DNA of 40,199 bases. Source: Promethearchaeia archaeon (GTDB lineage Archaea; Asgardarchaeota; Lokiarchaeia; Sigyniarchaeales; SOKP01). This document shows positions 1 to 10,082 of this stretch, piece after piece. Within the stretch, counting starts at the first letter, position 1. Every line of letters begins with the position of its first letter. The notes under the pieces were generated by a model. It ran no database searches. It was not told where the DNA came from and was given only the letters and a program-made list of their open reading frames with translations. Made by a program: the position numbers and the translations under genes. The stretch is from positions 1-40,199 of the forward strand of contig JAHQWH010000074.1 of the NCBI GenBank assembly GCA_029856105.1, in the 5' to 3' direction.

Positions 1-96
1 ACAAAAAGTAATTTTTGTTATCAATTAATTCCTATGAAAATTAGGAAAATGAAAAAAAAAAAGTTTTTTACATAGTTTGGAAAGAGGTATGTTAAA

Positions 97-990
97 ATGG
101 TCGTAGAAATAGATGTGTTATCAAATTTATGCCCCGAATGCGGGGGAAGTACAATTAATGTTCTAGAAAGAGGAGAAACTGTTTGCCAACAATGTGGTTT
201 GGTTGTAGGTGAGAGAAATTTAGACATTAACCATAGCGGAATTAGAGCCTATTCTAAACACGAAAAAGATAGAAAGGAGCGTACTGGATCCCCTATGTCG
301 ATCTTGATGCCAGATATTGGTCTAAGTACTGTTATTGATAGAACAAAGATCAAAAATCCAGATTTAAGACGGGCCGCTAAGTGGAATACGCACTTATCTT
401 GGGAGAAACGCAATATGTTAATGGCTATAACCGAATTAAAAAGAATTGGTGGCAACTTAAATTTTCCTGAAAGAGTAAAAAAATCAGCAGTACGATTGTA
501 TAAAGAAGTTTTTAAGAGACAATTATTGAGAGGCAGGTCAATTAATGGTATGGTTGCGGCGTGTGCTTATTTCGCGTGTAAAGACGAAAAAGTACCTATT
601 ACGCTTCAAGAGATTTTAGAGGAAGCTTCTATTAACGATAATATCGTAAAAAAGTGTTATAAAATATTGGTTCGGGAGTTAAATTTAAAAATATCGCATA
701 TCGATCCAATTACACTCATTCCACGTTATTGTGCAGATTTGAATTTAGGGATTGAGGTCGAAAAAGAGGCGATGCGCGTACTTCAAAATTTTATTAAAAC
801 TACGTCTATATCTGGCAAGGATCCTAAAGGATTGTGTGCGGGCGCCATATATCTTGTTGCGAAGTTGAGAAACGTTAAAGTGAGTCAGAAAGATATTTCG
901 CGCGTAATTTCCGTTACTGAAGTCACATTACGCTCAAGGTATAAAGAACTCCTTAAAAATATCAGTTTTAATTTTGCTACATTAAATTAA
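97..990 (+). CDS. tfb: Transcription initiation factor IIB (TFB)
   Basis: N-terminal Zn ribbon CPECG...CQQCG, B-reader RTGSP, two cyclin repeats (LLRGRSING, GKDPKGLCAGAIY), C-terminal VTEVTLRSRYKEL. Confidence 0.96.
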   Translation: MVVEIDVLSNLCPECGGSTINVLERGETVCQQCGLVVGERNLDINHSGIRAYSKHEKDRKERTGSPMSILMPDIGLSTVIDRTKIKNPDLRRAAKWNTHLSWEKRNMLMAITELKRIGGNLNFPERVKKSAVRLYKEVFKRQLLRGRSINGMVAACAYFACKDEKVPITLQEILEEASINDNIVKKCYKILVRELNLKISHIDPITLIPRYCADLNLGIEVEKEAMRVLQNFIKTTSISGKDPKGLCAGAIYLVAKLRNVKVSQKDISRVISVTEVTLRSRYKELLKNISFNFATLN

Positions 991-1119
991 TTAATTTTTT
1001 GAAAGATTTTTTTACTATTTTTCTTTATTTTTTAAAAGAATTAGCAATTGATTTTTTAATTTTAAAATCTAATTTCTATAAATTGATGTAGATTTCGTTC
1101 TTATGCTAATTATTATGAC

Positions 1120-1812
1120 TTAAAGAACGCTCGTACTTGTAAGAAGAACCATAATATAATCGGCAACGCCTTCAATAGAATCGGAAATAGCTTCTAAAAT
1201 GTCGAATATGTTTCCGATAGTAAAAATTGTAAAGAAATTTACGTTATAGTCTGTTTCTTGAAGGCTTTTTCTTAATTTAATATTTAATAGGTCTACTTCG
1301 TGTTCGTATTGATTTATTAGTTTAGCGTACTCTTTCACATTTTTCCTTTTTTCCACTAAATCAATCACGATCTTATCTAAATATTCAACTGCTTCTACGG
1401 TTGTTTCTATTATTTTCAAGATAATATTTACGGTCTCTTCGCTACTTTGTTCCCAAAAACTTATTGGTATCGTAACAATTCTTCGAGCAACGCCAGTACT
1501 ACAATTTGCTACATCATCCAATCTTTTTACTAAATGTGATAAGTTTAGTCTTATGCTGGGATTTAATTCTCCTTTAGAGACTTCTCTTTGGATTTTCCTT
1601 CTTAATTTATCCGCATCGTCTTCTAGAAGATCAACTTTATGAAAATTTTTATTAGATTTTTCGACATTTTTCTCTTTTAATAATAATTTTAGTCCAACTT
1701 CTAATTCTTTCACGCATTCTTGAACTATTTGTGCGTGCTTGATCGTTTTTTCCAAGACATTTAAAGCCGTTTCTCTTTTTAAAAATTCTATTAATGAACC
1801 CATTTTTATCAC
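1120..1812 (-). CDS. DUF47/PhoU-like phosphate transport regulator
   Basis: All-helical protein with LEDDADKLRR and YEHEVD motifs; lies directly downstream of the PiT transporter. Confidence 0.85.
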   Translation of the reverse strand: MIKMGSLIEFLKRETALNVLEKTIKHAQIVQECVKELEVGLKLLLKEKNVEKSNKNFHKVDLLEDDADKLRRKIQREVSKGELNPSIRLNLSHLVKRLDDVANCSTGVARRIVTIPISFWEQSSEETVNIILKIIETTVEAVEYLDKIVIDLVEKRKNVKEYAKLINQYEHEVDLLNIKLRKSLQETDYNVNFFTIFTIGNIFDILEAISDSIEGVADYIMVLLTSTSVL

Positions 1813-1866
1813 ATTTTTTTATTTTTTTTGTAATGCTTTATATTACGATATATTATATATATTTTA

Positions 1867-2898
1867 TTAGGTTAATCCAAATAAGTTAAATCCAAAATAA
1901 ATAAACCCGGCAAGAACAGCTGCAATTGGAAAAGTTAGAACCCAATATATCCCCATTTTCCCTATTTCTTTATATTTTACTTCTTTTTTTTGAGATAGAC
2001 TCATTCCGATTATACAAAATACAATGACATGACTATGAGATATGGGTAAACTTAATAATGTAGCTAACATAAGAATTAAGGCAGAACTTAATTGAATAAT
2101 AAGACCTTCGCTAGGACGAGAATCAATCATCTGAGAAGCTAAGTTTCTAATAACATACCGTGCAGCAATATAAATTCCAAGAGAAGAGAAAACCCCGCAA
2201 ATAAACGCAAACAATAGATACTGTTCTATATTCAATGATCCCTTATCGAATAATCCATAAAGAATACCTAATGCCTCACCTGAATTTGCCCCCACCCATA
2301 TCTCAGCAAAGATAACAGCAATTAACAATAACCATTTGAAATATTTCTCAGATTTCTCGATCTGATTTAAACCTCTTAGGCGTGTTAGATAAGTTTTAGA
2401 AATTATTTTAAAAAGCACAAAAGTAACAATTAAACCAAATAAAGGAGATAAGAACCAACTAAGAATAACATTATTTAATTTCACCCAATTAAACGCTGTT
2501 TCGGGATTAACACCTCCTTGTGAAAAGGAATACACGATTACAACTCCAACTATGCTTCCTATTAGCGAGTGAGTGCTGCTTAAAGGAATTCCCGCGAAAC
2601 TCCCAATTACTAACCAAACTATACTACTTATTAAAACAGTTAGCAACATAAAATCTGTATAAGTTAGACCCTCCCCTAATAAATCAGCACCTACAGTTTT
2701 TGCAACAAACGCAAAGCTAAAGGAGAACATCCCAGCACCAATGGCTATACCTCCAATTAATAACGCAACCTTAAACTTCAAAACGCCTGCTCCTACTAAC
2801 GAAGATAAAGTTTCGTCATTAGCGCCTATTGCGAATGCAAGGGAGATTGCCAAAATAATTAAAACGATAACTAAAATTGAAGTTAGGTCGCCAGCCAT
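1867..2898 (-). CDS. pit: Inorganic phosphate transporter, PiT family
   Basis: GAND signature (AIGANDE), PLSSTHS, second repeat GANS and PISHSH; multiple TM helices. Confidence 0.92.
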   Translation of the reverse strand: MAGDLTSILVIVLIILAISLAFAIGANDETLSSLVGAGVLKFKVALLIGGIAIGAGMFSFSFAFVAKTVGADLLGEGLTYTDFMLLTVLISSIVWLVIGSFAGIPLSSTHSLIGSIVGVVIVYSFSQGGVNPETAFNWVKLNNVILSWFLSPLFGLIVTFVLFKIISKTYLTRLRGLNQIEKSEKYFKWLLLIAVIFAEIWVGANSGEALGILYGLFDKGSLNIEQYLLFAFICGVFSSLGIYIAARYVIRNLASQMIDSRPSEGLIIQLSSALILMLATLLSLPISHSHVIVFCIIGMSLSQKKEVKYKEIGKMGIYWVLTFPIAAVLAGFIYFGFNLFGLT

Positions 2899-2920
2899 AT
2901 CAAATCATAGTTTTACATTT

Positions 2921-3592
2921 TTAATCGAAAATTAAATATTTAATCGCTAAAAATTGAATGTACTCTGAAAAACTCTTGATATGATCAGCTATCATCATTA
3001 CGCCTTCAATTAATTCTTTCAAGTAAAGGAATGTCCTTGATAAATAATCCATATCATAATTATACAGCCTGTTAAGAAGTTGCCACTCTTCTATTCTCAT
3101 CTTACGCCTTTTGTCTTTGATATTTTCGCAGATATCGTGCGCTTTGGTTAAATCAGAACCAATAAATTTGATTGCGTTTGTTAATTGATTTGAAATTGCT
3201 TTTAATGATTTAAGTATATTCAGTATTTGGAGTTTAAACTCTTCATCAGGAAATACAACTCTATAAAGGAGCATTTTATTAGCAGAAAATTCTCCAATAT
3301 TTTTGATTTCGTTAATTTTATTAAATAGTTTTAGCCTATCCGCCTTTGAAAACATTAACTTAGATTTAAATATCTTAGATTCAAAAGCTTTTTTGATTCG
3401 AACTTCGGTATTAGTCTCAATAACGTAATTTAGGTTTTGTGTGAAATTGTCAAAATCTTCCTCAACAAGAAATTTAATACCTTCAATTAATTTCAAATTT
3501 TGTTCGTTTATGTTATCAACAAATAAGTGTGTTAATTCATCAATACTTAATTTTTTTAACTCTTTCTCACTTATCTCCTTCATACTGAACAT
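2921..3592 (-). CDS. Divergent DUF47/PhoU-like protein
   Basis: Similar size and helical pattern to DUF47 (KADRLKL, IADHIK); first gene of the pit cluster. Confidence 0.6.
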   Translation of the reverse strand: MFSMKEISEKELKKLSIDELTHLFVDNINEQNLKLIEGIKFLVEEDFDNFTQNLNYVIETNTEVRIKKAFESKIFKSKLMFSKADRLKLFNKINEIKNIGEFSANKMLLYRVVFPDEEFKLQILNILKSLKAISNQLTNAIKFIGSDLTKAHDICENIKDKRRKMRIEEWQLLNRLYNYDMDYLSRTFLYLKELIEGVMMIADHIKSFSEYIQFLAIKYLIFD

Positions 3593-3787
3593 AACCCATG
3601 AAAATTCTTAAATTTTTGATATATACAATTTATATATACGATTTATAAAATTATATAGAATAAATAATTTCTATTTAAAATTTAATTTAACTCTTTTTTT
3701 ATTAATATCAAAACATACTATATTGTATGTTAGAAAACTAGTAGCCTTACTTGAAATTTAAATTGATATTTTTATTATCACCTTAAG

Positions 3788-4033
3788 ATGCGCAATGTTC
3801 AAAAGTTCTACTTTTTTCGGTGTTATCACTGTGGTGAATGGTTTTATAGCAGTAAGATATTAAAATCAAAAAAATGTTGGAAATGTAGTCGGTCGTTTCA
3901 GTTTAAAAATTCTTTTAAAATTTCAAAGATGGTAACGCTCCAAGAAGCCATTAAAACTATTAAGAAACTAAAGATGAGTGGAGAAAAAGAATCTCTTTTA
4001 TATTATCTTAACCCAAAAGATAATTTTAAATGA
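3788..4033 (+). CDS. Small zinc-ribbon protein (DUF1922-like)
   Basis: FRCYHCG...KKCWKC double CxxC in 81 aa. Confidence 0.65.
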   Translation: MRNVQKFYFFRCYHCGEWFYSSKILKSKKCWKCSRSFQFKNSFKISKMVTLQEAIKTIKKLKMSGEKESLLYYLNPKDNFK

Positions 4034-4137
4034 AAATTATTTAAAAAATAAAATTATTTAAACCTCTCCTCTTCAATCTTTTTAAGATTCTAAATATAAT
4101 ATTATTAAATTTTTATTAATAATTCATATACGGTGAT

Positions 4138-5601
4138 TTGGTGAATACTATAGAAATTAAGGACGAATTAAAGCTATTTGATAACGATTTTATAAATCAT
4201 TTAACTCAAGAAGCGGGAAACCAAATCGATTATTGGGATATAAGAGCAACGATAAGCAATGGAACAACTATAGATTTTACGGATCAAAAAAGTACAGAAA
4301 TCTCTTCCTATGAAATTACCAATTGTGGAATAAGAACTTTTGTGAATGGAGGTTGGGGGTTTTATGTATTGAAAGATCTTAACAAAGATTTAATTAAAAC
4401 AAACTTTTTAAAATCGATTAAGCTAGCGAAATTAACAGAGTCTTTATCAAAACACAAGTTCCAAATCAAAGAAGTTGACCCTATTAATAAGAATTTTAAA
4501 ATTAAGAGTAAGAGAAAGCTGGCAGATGTAGACATTGAAGAAAAAATTCTTCTCGTAAAACATCACGAAAAGCTTGCATCTAACTATTCTAAAAAGGTAA
4601 AAAATACGCATACGATTTACATGGATGGCGTTAAAAGCTATGTTTTTATAAACTCGTTTGGTAGTAATATTTATCAAGATCTTTCATATTTACGCTTGTT
4701 GAACATAGTTTACTCCCAAAAAGGGGGTGTAATCCAAAGATCGATTAATTCTGTTGGAGGTTTAGGGGGATTCGAAATATTATCTACAGAGAAAGCAGAA
4801 AGTTTAAGCGTTAAAACAGCACAAGAATCGATTAAATTATTAGAAGCAAAATCTCCGGTTGGAGGAAAATTTACGATTATAGCCGATCCTAAACTTGCCG
4901 GAACCTTAATTCACGAAGCACTTGGACACGCGTGTGAAGCAGATTTGGTTTTGAGCAAGGAGAGCATATTGGAAGGAAAAATTGGTCAAGAAGTGGCTAT
5001 AGACGACATTAATGTAGTGGATGATCCCTCAATGGGACAAGGTTCTAAATTTGGGTTACCTTATGAGTTATTTGGGAGCTATTTTGTAGACGATGAAGGG
5101 ATTACTTCCCAAAAAACAGTGCTAATTGAAAATGGAGTGTTTAAAAATTATTTACATAACTTAGAAACCTCTTCTAGAATGAATGTATCTCCAAATGGCC
5201 ATGGAAGAGCTGCATCTAGCTCTTTTAAGCCTCAAGTTCGAATGGGATTTACTTATATCGAACCAAAAGACTGGGATGTCGATGAAATGATTCAAGACAC
5301 AAAAAACGGAATTCTTTGTGAAGACTTTTTATACGGTTATACGAATCCGACTACAGGAAACTTCCAATTTAAATGTAAATTTTCCTATAAAATTAAAAAC
5401 GGAGAAAAACAGGAATTGATGAGAGATGTTGCGTTGTCAGGTATGATTTTAGAAGTTTTAAAAAAAATCTCCGCTATTGGTGATAAAAATACATTAGGCT
5501 TTTCATCTGGAATATGTGGTAAGGGTGGTCAAAGAGTAAGAGTCTGTGATGGTGGCCCATACATTAAGATCGACAATATAACCATAGGGGGATTGAATTA
5601 A
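4138..5601 (+). CDS. tldD: TldD family metalloprotease
   Basis: HEALGHACEAD zinc motif, NGHGRA, C-terminal CGKGGQ. Confidence 0.95.
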   Translation: MVNTIEIKDELKLFDNDFINHLTQEAGNQIDYWDIRATISNGTTIDFTDQKSTEISSYEITNCGIRTFVNGGWGFYVLKDLNKDLIKTNFLKSIKLAKLTESLSKHKFQIKEVDPINKNFKIKSKRKLADVDIEEKILLVKHHEKLASNYSKKVKNTHTIYMDGVKSYVFINSFGSNIYQDLSYLRLLNIVYSQKGGVIQRSINSVGGLGGFEILSTEKAESLSVKTAQESIKLLEAKSPVGGKFTIIADPKLAGTLIHEALGHACEADLVLSKESILEGKIGQEVAIDDINVVDDPSMGQGSKFGLPYELFGSYFVDDEGITSQKTVLIENGVFKNYLHNLETSSRMNVSPNGHGRAASSSFKPQVRMGFTYIEPKDWDVDEMIQDTKNGILCEDFLYGYTNPTTGNFQFKCKFSYKIKNGEKQELMRDVALSGMILEVLKKISAIGDKNTLGFSSGICGKGGQRVRVCDGGPYIKIDNITIGGLN

Positions 5602-6978
5602 ATGGATAATACGATTGATATTTTTGACCTTGCCAATTATGGGATAAAATTCGCCGAAAAAAAGGCTCCAAATTTTAAATCCGCAGAAATTTTCGTTGGC
5701 AAGAGCGAATATTCAAACATCGAACTCGAAGAAAATTCAATAAAATACAGTGAAATTGGAAGTGACCATGGAGTTTCGATTAGAATTTACGATAAAAGAG
5801 GTTCTTTAGGGTTTGCGTTCACAAATAAATTAAATAAAAAAATTATTGAAAAAATTATTATAAACGCTATAAAGATGATGAATGTAGGCACTGCAGATCC
5901 TAACTTTCAAAATTTGCCATTAAAATACAAAACTTATCCTAATGTTAAACAATTATACGATACCAATATAAAAACATTAACCATCGAAGACTCAATTGAA
6001 TACGTTAAAGAATTGATTAATGTATGTAAAGACGATGACTTAGCGATCTCTCAATCTGGTGATTTCACCTCTAATTGCAATACATCCTATGTAATCAATT
6101 CAAATGATATTGAAGTGTTTGAAAAAGAAACCGTATTTTCAATTTCCTCAAACATTATTGTAAAAAATAAAAGTACTGGAGAGACTTCAAATGGGTACGA
6201 ATCCCAAATGAAAAGAAAACTAAAGGATATTAACGGAACAAACACTGCCATTGAAGCTTTAAAAAACGCGAAAAGAAATCTTAATAGAATTAAAATTAAG
6301 ACCAAAAAGATGCCCGTAATTTTATCTCCTAAAGGAACTATAAATCTTATTTTGAACCCAATTGCTTCTGCCATAAACGCAGAACTATTTCAATATAAAC
6401 GAAGTTTTCTGATTGATAAGAGAGAAAAAGTTATTGGTTCTGAATATTTAACTCTCGAAGATAACGCATTGATAGATGGTGCTGTAGGATCTAGTAATTT
6501 CGATGGAGAGGGCGTCCCTTGCAAGAATAAAAAAATAATAGATAAAGGATTTTTTTTGAAATCGGGCTTATTACACAACAGTTATACAGCAGGGAAGGAA
6601 GGCGTTGAAAGCACTGGAAACGCTTCAAGAAGGGCATTTAGTTCTGTTCCTTCTATAGGTATATCAAACTTCGTTATGCAAACTGGAACTTCTTCTGTAG
6701 AAGAAATGATACAAGATGTTCAAGAGGGTATATTCTTAAATTCTACCGGAGATTCGGCAAATATGGCTACAGGGGACTTTAGTGGATTAATCTCTCAAGG
6801 AAATTTAATTATAGATGGAGAAATAAAACAAGCTCTAAACGAAACTATGTTTGGAATAAATTTATTGGATTTATTTAAAAATATTGATGCTGTATCAAAA
6901 GATTATAAAATATATGGACCATTTAAAGCCCCGTATGTAAGGGTCAAAGATGTTCAAATTATTGGATCTAAAAATTAA
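5602..6978 (+). CDS. pmbA: PmbA/TldE family protein
   Basis: FDGEG, STGNA and TGDFS motifs, no HExxH; ATG immediately follows the tldD stop. Confidence 0.93.
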   Translation: MDNTIDIFDLANYGIKFAEKKAPNFKSAEIFVGKSEYSNIELEENSIKYSEIGSDHGVSIRIYDKRGSLGFAFTNKLNKKIIEKIIINAIKMMNVGTADPNFQNLPLKYKTYPNVKQLYDTNIKTLTIEDSIEYVKELINVCKDDDLAISQSGDFTSNCNTSYVINSNDIEVFEKETVFSISSNIIVKNKSTGETSNGYESQMKRKLKDINGTNTAIEALKNAKRNLNRIKIKTKKMPVILSPKGTINLILNPIASAINAELFQYKRSFLIDKREKVIGSEYLTLEDNALIDGAVGSSNFDGEGVPCKNKKIIDKGFFLKSGLLHNSYTAGKEGVESTGNASRRAFSSVPSIGISNFVMQTGTSSVEEMIQDVQEGIFLNSTGDSANMATGDFSGLISQGNLIIDGEIKQALNETMFGINLLDLFKNIDAVSKDYKIYGPFKAPYVRVKDVQIIGSKN

Positions 6979-7033
6979 ATCATCACGATTGAATTCATTA
7001 CTAAAATTAAGATTTATTTCATTTTCACGATTG

Positions 7034-7558
7034 TTAAGAAGTAATATTTAATCTTACATATACAACATCATAAAATCTTCTAATACCTGCAGAAGGGATT
7101 TCCCATAATTCCGCAATTATAGTTTGATTCGTTCCGGCTTGTGAAAAGGAAATGTTAAATGCACTTGAAATCCAAACCTCTCTATGCGGTAAAGTAATCG
7201 TAGATGAATTTACAAATGAGATTGCGTTTAACGAGGGGAATGGGCCTAGTACAGTATCGTTATTTCCCTTCAAAATTTCTATATGGAATGAAAAATCCCG
7301 ATTTAAATAATTTCCAACAGAAATATAAAAAGTAATATTTTCATCAATTGCAGCATTTGTAGGGTAATTTTCTGCTTTTTTGTCAGAATTTAAAATACCA
7401 AGATACCAATAACCCGGTTTAGGAGTTATTACGGCATAAATTATAAAGCCAGACACAATAAATATACCGGTTATTAAGAGAATTTTGAGAATTTTGTCAA
7501 ATTCTTCAAAACTATTAAGTACTTTTTTTTTTCCTTCTTTACTTTTCATTTTGAACAT
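7034..7558 (-). CDS. DUF1616-like membrane-anchored protein
   Basis: One N-terminal TM helix followed by LGILNSDKKAENYPTN and a beta-rich domain; start overlaps the end of the upstream gene. Confidence 0.7.
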   Translation of the reverse strand: MFKMKSKEGKKKVLNSFEEFDKILKILLITGIFIVSGFIIYAVITPKPGYWYLGILNSDKKAENYPTNAAIDENITFYISVGNYLNRDFSFHIEILKGNNDTVLGPFPSLNAISFVNSSTITLPHREVWISSAFNISFSQAGTNQTIIAELWEIPSAGIRRFYDVVYVRLNITS

Positions 7559-8649
7559 TATTTTTAAACCAAGCTATTGTTTTCAATAACCCATCTTTTA
7601 AAGAAGTTGTAGGTTGCCAATTTAGAATTCTTTTTGCCTTTCTTAAATCAGCAGATCTTCTAACAGGATCGTCGATAGGCAAAGGTTTGAATACAATTTC
7701 TGAATTAGAATTAGTCAATTCTATTATTATTTTAGCTAATTGTAAAATAGTGTATTCTTTATCGTTACCCAAATTAATAACTTCTCCAATTGCTTCGTCT
7801 TTATAAACTACCTTTAAAATTCCTTCAATCTCATCTACAACATAAATGAAAGAACGAGTTTGAGAACCATCGCCAAAAATTGTAATATCTTCGTCGCTTA
7901 ACGCTTGACGAATAAAATTTGGAACAACTCTTCCAAACTCCGGTCCAGATCTGATTCTTGGTCCAGAAGTGTTAAAAATTCTTATTACTTTCGTTCTGAT
8001 TCCGTGTTGTAATTCATACGCCTTGACAAAAGCCTCTCCAGCCCTTTTAGACTCGTCGTAACAACTTCTGGGACCTACGGGGTATGCGCTCTTATAGGAA
8101 ATCCTAATTAAGATTTACGTGCCCAAAATAGGTCTCAGGTGTCGGAATTGCTTCATCGGGAGGATTACCATACACTTCCGAAGTACTTGTATAGAAAAAT
8201 AACGCATTATGGGCTTTTGCAATACCTAAAGCGTTCATCGTTCCAAGAGTATTACTTTTTAGTATTGGAATTGGAAATCTTTTAAATTCAAATGGAGACG
8301 CCCTGCTAGCCATATGCATAACAATATCAATTCTCTTAATATCGCCCACGCAAATCCCGTTTGGATGATGAGTCATTCCAAAATAAATAGGTTTAGAAAT
8401 ATCGTGATTAATAAAACGGAAATTTTCTTTTTCCATCAAATGAGAGATGTTATCGAACCTCCCTGAAGATAAATTATCTAAACATATGCAATATGCCCCT
8501 TGATTTACTAAAACATCGCAGACCCAAGAACCCAGGAATCCTGCGCCTCCAGTTACTAAAATAGTTTTATCTTGAAATGTAATGTTATCTTTTCTAAGAC
8601 GATTAATTATTTCAATAACATCATCTTGTACATTATAAATCATTATCAC
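7539..8649 (-). CDS. UDP-glucuronate decarboxylase (UXS)-like extended SDR, interrupted by a 31-nt putative intron (exon 1 8649-8115, exon 2 8083-7539; 359 aa spliced)
   Basis: Exon 1 has TGGAGFLG, HMASRASP and TSTSEVYG. Exon 2 is open and reads PVGPRSCYDESKR (YxxxK)...RIFNTSGPR...GDGSQTRSF...DDPVRR. Removing 31 nt gives 1080 nt in one frame. Confidence 0.88.
8084..8114 (-). other. Putative BHB-type (tRNA-like) intron within a protein-coding gene
   Basis: Pre-mRNA reads ACGU AA^A UCUUA AU UAGG AUUU CCUA UAAGA GCGC AU^A, with flanking exon-exon stem GACCUAU/GUAGGUC plus GGG/CCC. Cuts at the ^ positions restore the reading frame. Confidence 0.75.
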
Positions 8650-8740
8650 TCTCTCTTGTTTTTAAAGTTATAAATCTAATCAATATTAATAAATTTATTA
8701 CTCTATTAAAGTAATCTCAGTTTTTAAAATTCGTCGTATT

Positions 8741-9331
8741 TTAAACCCTTAATTTTATACCTGTTTTATCTTCAAATTCATTGTAAAAGTTCGAAAATCG
8801 TGGGAATAAAGCAGTTTTCACTTCACAAGATATACAAGAAATCTTGATTGCATTCTTCAATAAAGATTGATTATTATAAAGCCCAAGTTCTGATAAAATA
8901 TGAAGAATTTCCCAAATTTTTTTACAATATTTGTTAATTTCTTGTAGTTTTTCAATATCAGCTCTTTCTGGATTTAAACTTAACTTTTTCATGTGATTTT
9001 TAAGTTTTTCAGCGATATCTCCATCTTCCACTTCAAGATTCTTTAATAAGACAATTAATCGTGAAGTATGGGTAATTAGATCTTTCTCATACCTAGAGAT
9101 TAATTCACTATGAGAATTCTTAGTATAATTCCTTGGTTTTGCAAATTTTAAACGAACAATAGACTGCTTGTAATTAAAGAAGGTTCTTAATTGTCTTGAG
9201 AGTTCGTTTATTCGCTCTTCACCCTCTATCAAATACCATTCATGAAATATGTTTTCTTCATCATATTCCAAATATGGTTCATCACAAAAGTCATCATCAA
9301 TAATAGTTAGTTTATCATTATTATGTTCCAT
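8741..9331 (-). CDS. Hypothetical protein (acidic N-terminus, helical)
   Basis: 196-aa ORF; no recognisable motif. Confidence 0.6.
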   Translation of the reverse strand: MEHNNDKLTIIDDDFCDEPYLEYDEENIFHEWYLIEGEERINELSRQLRTFFNYKQSIVRLKFAKPRNYTKNSHSELISRYEKDLITHTSRLIVLLKNLEVEDGDIAEKLKNHMKKLSLNPERADIEKLQEINKYCKKIWEILHILSELGLYNNQSLLKNAIKISCISCEVKTALFPRFSNFYNEFEDKTGIKLRV

Positions 9332-9476
9332 AACAGCATTATCTTACCTTTCTATATAAATAAAAAAAAAAGAAATAGAACAAATCAAAGATTTTTTTTT
9401 TAATATCAGATTTTTGAATTTAAAAAATCTTATTATATTAGACCTAAATTTAATCTTTGGATTACTACAAATAGAA

Positions 9477-10082
9477 TTAGCGAGTTTTTTGTCCACAATA
9501 TTGGCAGTATTTAAGCTCTAATGGATAATATTTATTACAACTAGAACATTTTTTTAAAGAATTCTTGAGAATCTCTCGTCCAAGCATTTCAAAGACATTT
9601 TCTACATTTTCTCCCGTCTTTGAAGAAACTCCAATTATTTCTCCCTGAAATTTGTATTTATCAAATGCATCTTTAGCGTCTTCATGTTTGACTTCCCTTT
9701 GATTTTCTAAATCAATCTTAGCTTCAATCATTAATTTTGTTTTTGGAGAATTTGGAACTGAAGTAATAACCTTAACCCAATCGTGAAGATCTATTAAGGA
9801 ATCTCTATTTGTAATGTCATAAAGAACAAGAGCTCCAGAAGCGCCCGAAACGTAAGAAGGTAATAAAAGACGGAACTTTTTTTCTCCTGCAAAATCCCAA
9901 ATGTTGAGAAGAATCTCTGTATCGTCCACTACAACCTTTTTTGTTTCGAAATCAACTCCTATTGTCGATAAAGTTGATTTATCAAACTTTCCAGTAGCGT
10001 AGCGCCTAATGAGAGATGTTTTTCCTACATTTTTAGCCCCTGCTACTATTACTTTAAATTTGATAATTGTTTTTACACCAAG
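9477..10082 (-). CDS. Rab/Ras-like small GTPase with C-terminal zinc ribbon; true start lies upstream of the ORF-track start at 9929
   Basis: Frame is open up to 10091 and encodes FKVIVAGAKNVGKTS (G1), STIGVDF (G2), WDFAG (G3), AKID (G4), SSK (G5) and CSSC...CQYC. No ATG/GTG/TTG lies in frame upstream of the P-loop, so the start is approximate. Confidence 0.85.
   Translation of the reverse strand, partial: LGVKTIIKFKVIVAGAKNVGKTSLIRRYATGKFDKSTLSTIGVDFETKKVVVDDTEILLNIWDFAGEKKFRLLLPSYVSGASGALVLYDITNRDSLIDLHDWVKVITSVPNSPKTKLMIEAKIDLENQREVKHEDAKDAFDKYKFQGEIIGVSSKTGENVENVFEMLGREILKNSLKKCSSCNKYYPLELKYCQYCGQKTR

Noticed and set aside
7539-7772. Independent 77-aa ORF in the track
   Set aside because: It is the C-terminal part of exon 2 of the sugar decarboxylase; the frame is open up to the insertion
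8084-8114. Insertion as a MITE/IS footprint, simple sequencing frameshift or programmed frameshift
   Set aside because: No clear target-site duplication; 31 extra nt that are not a copy of the flanks; the BHB-predicted cuts restore the frame with no extra residues. A recent pseudogenising insertion is not fully excluded.
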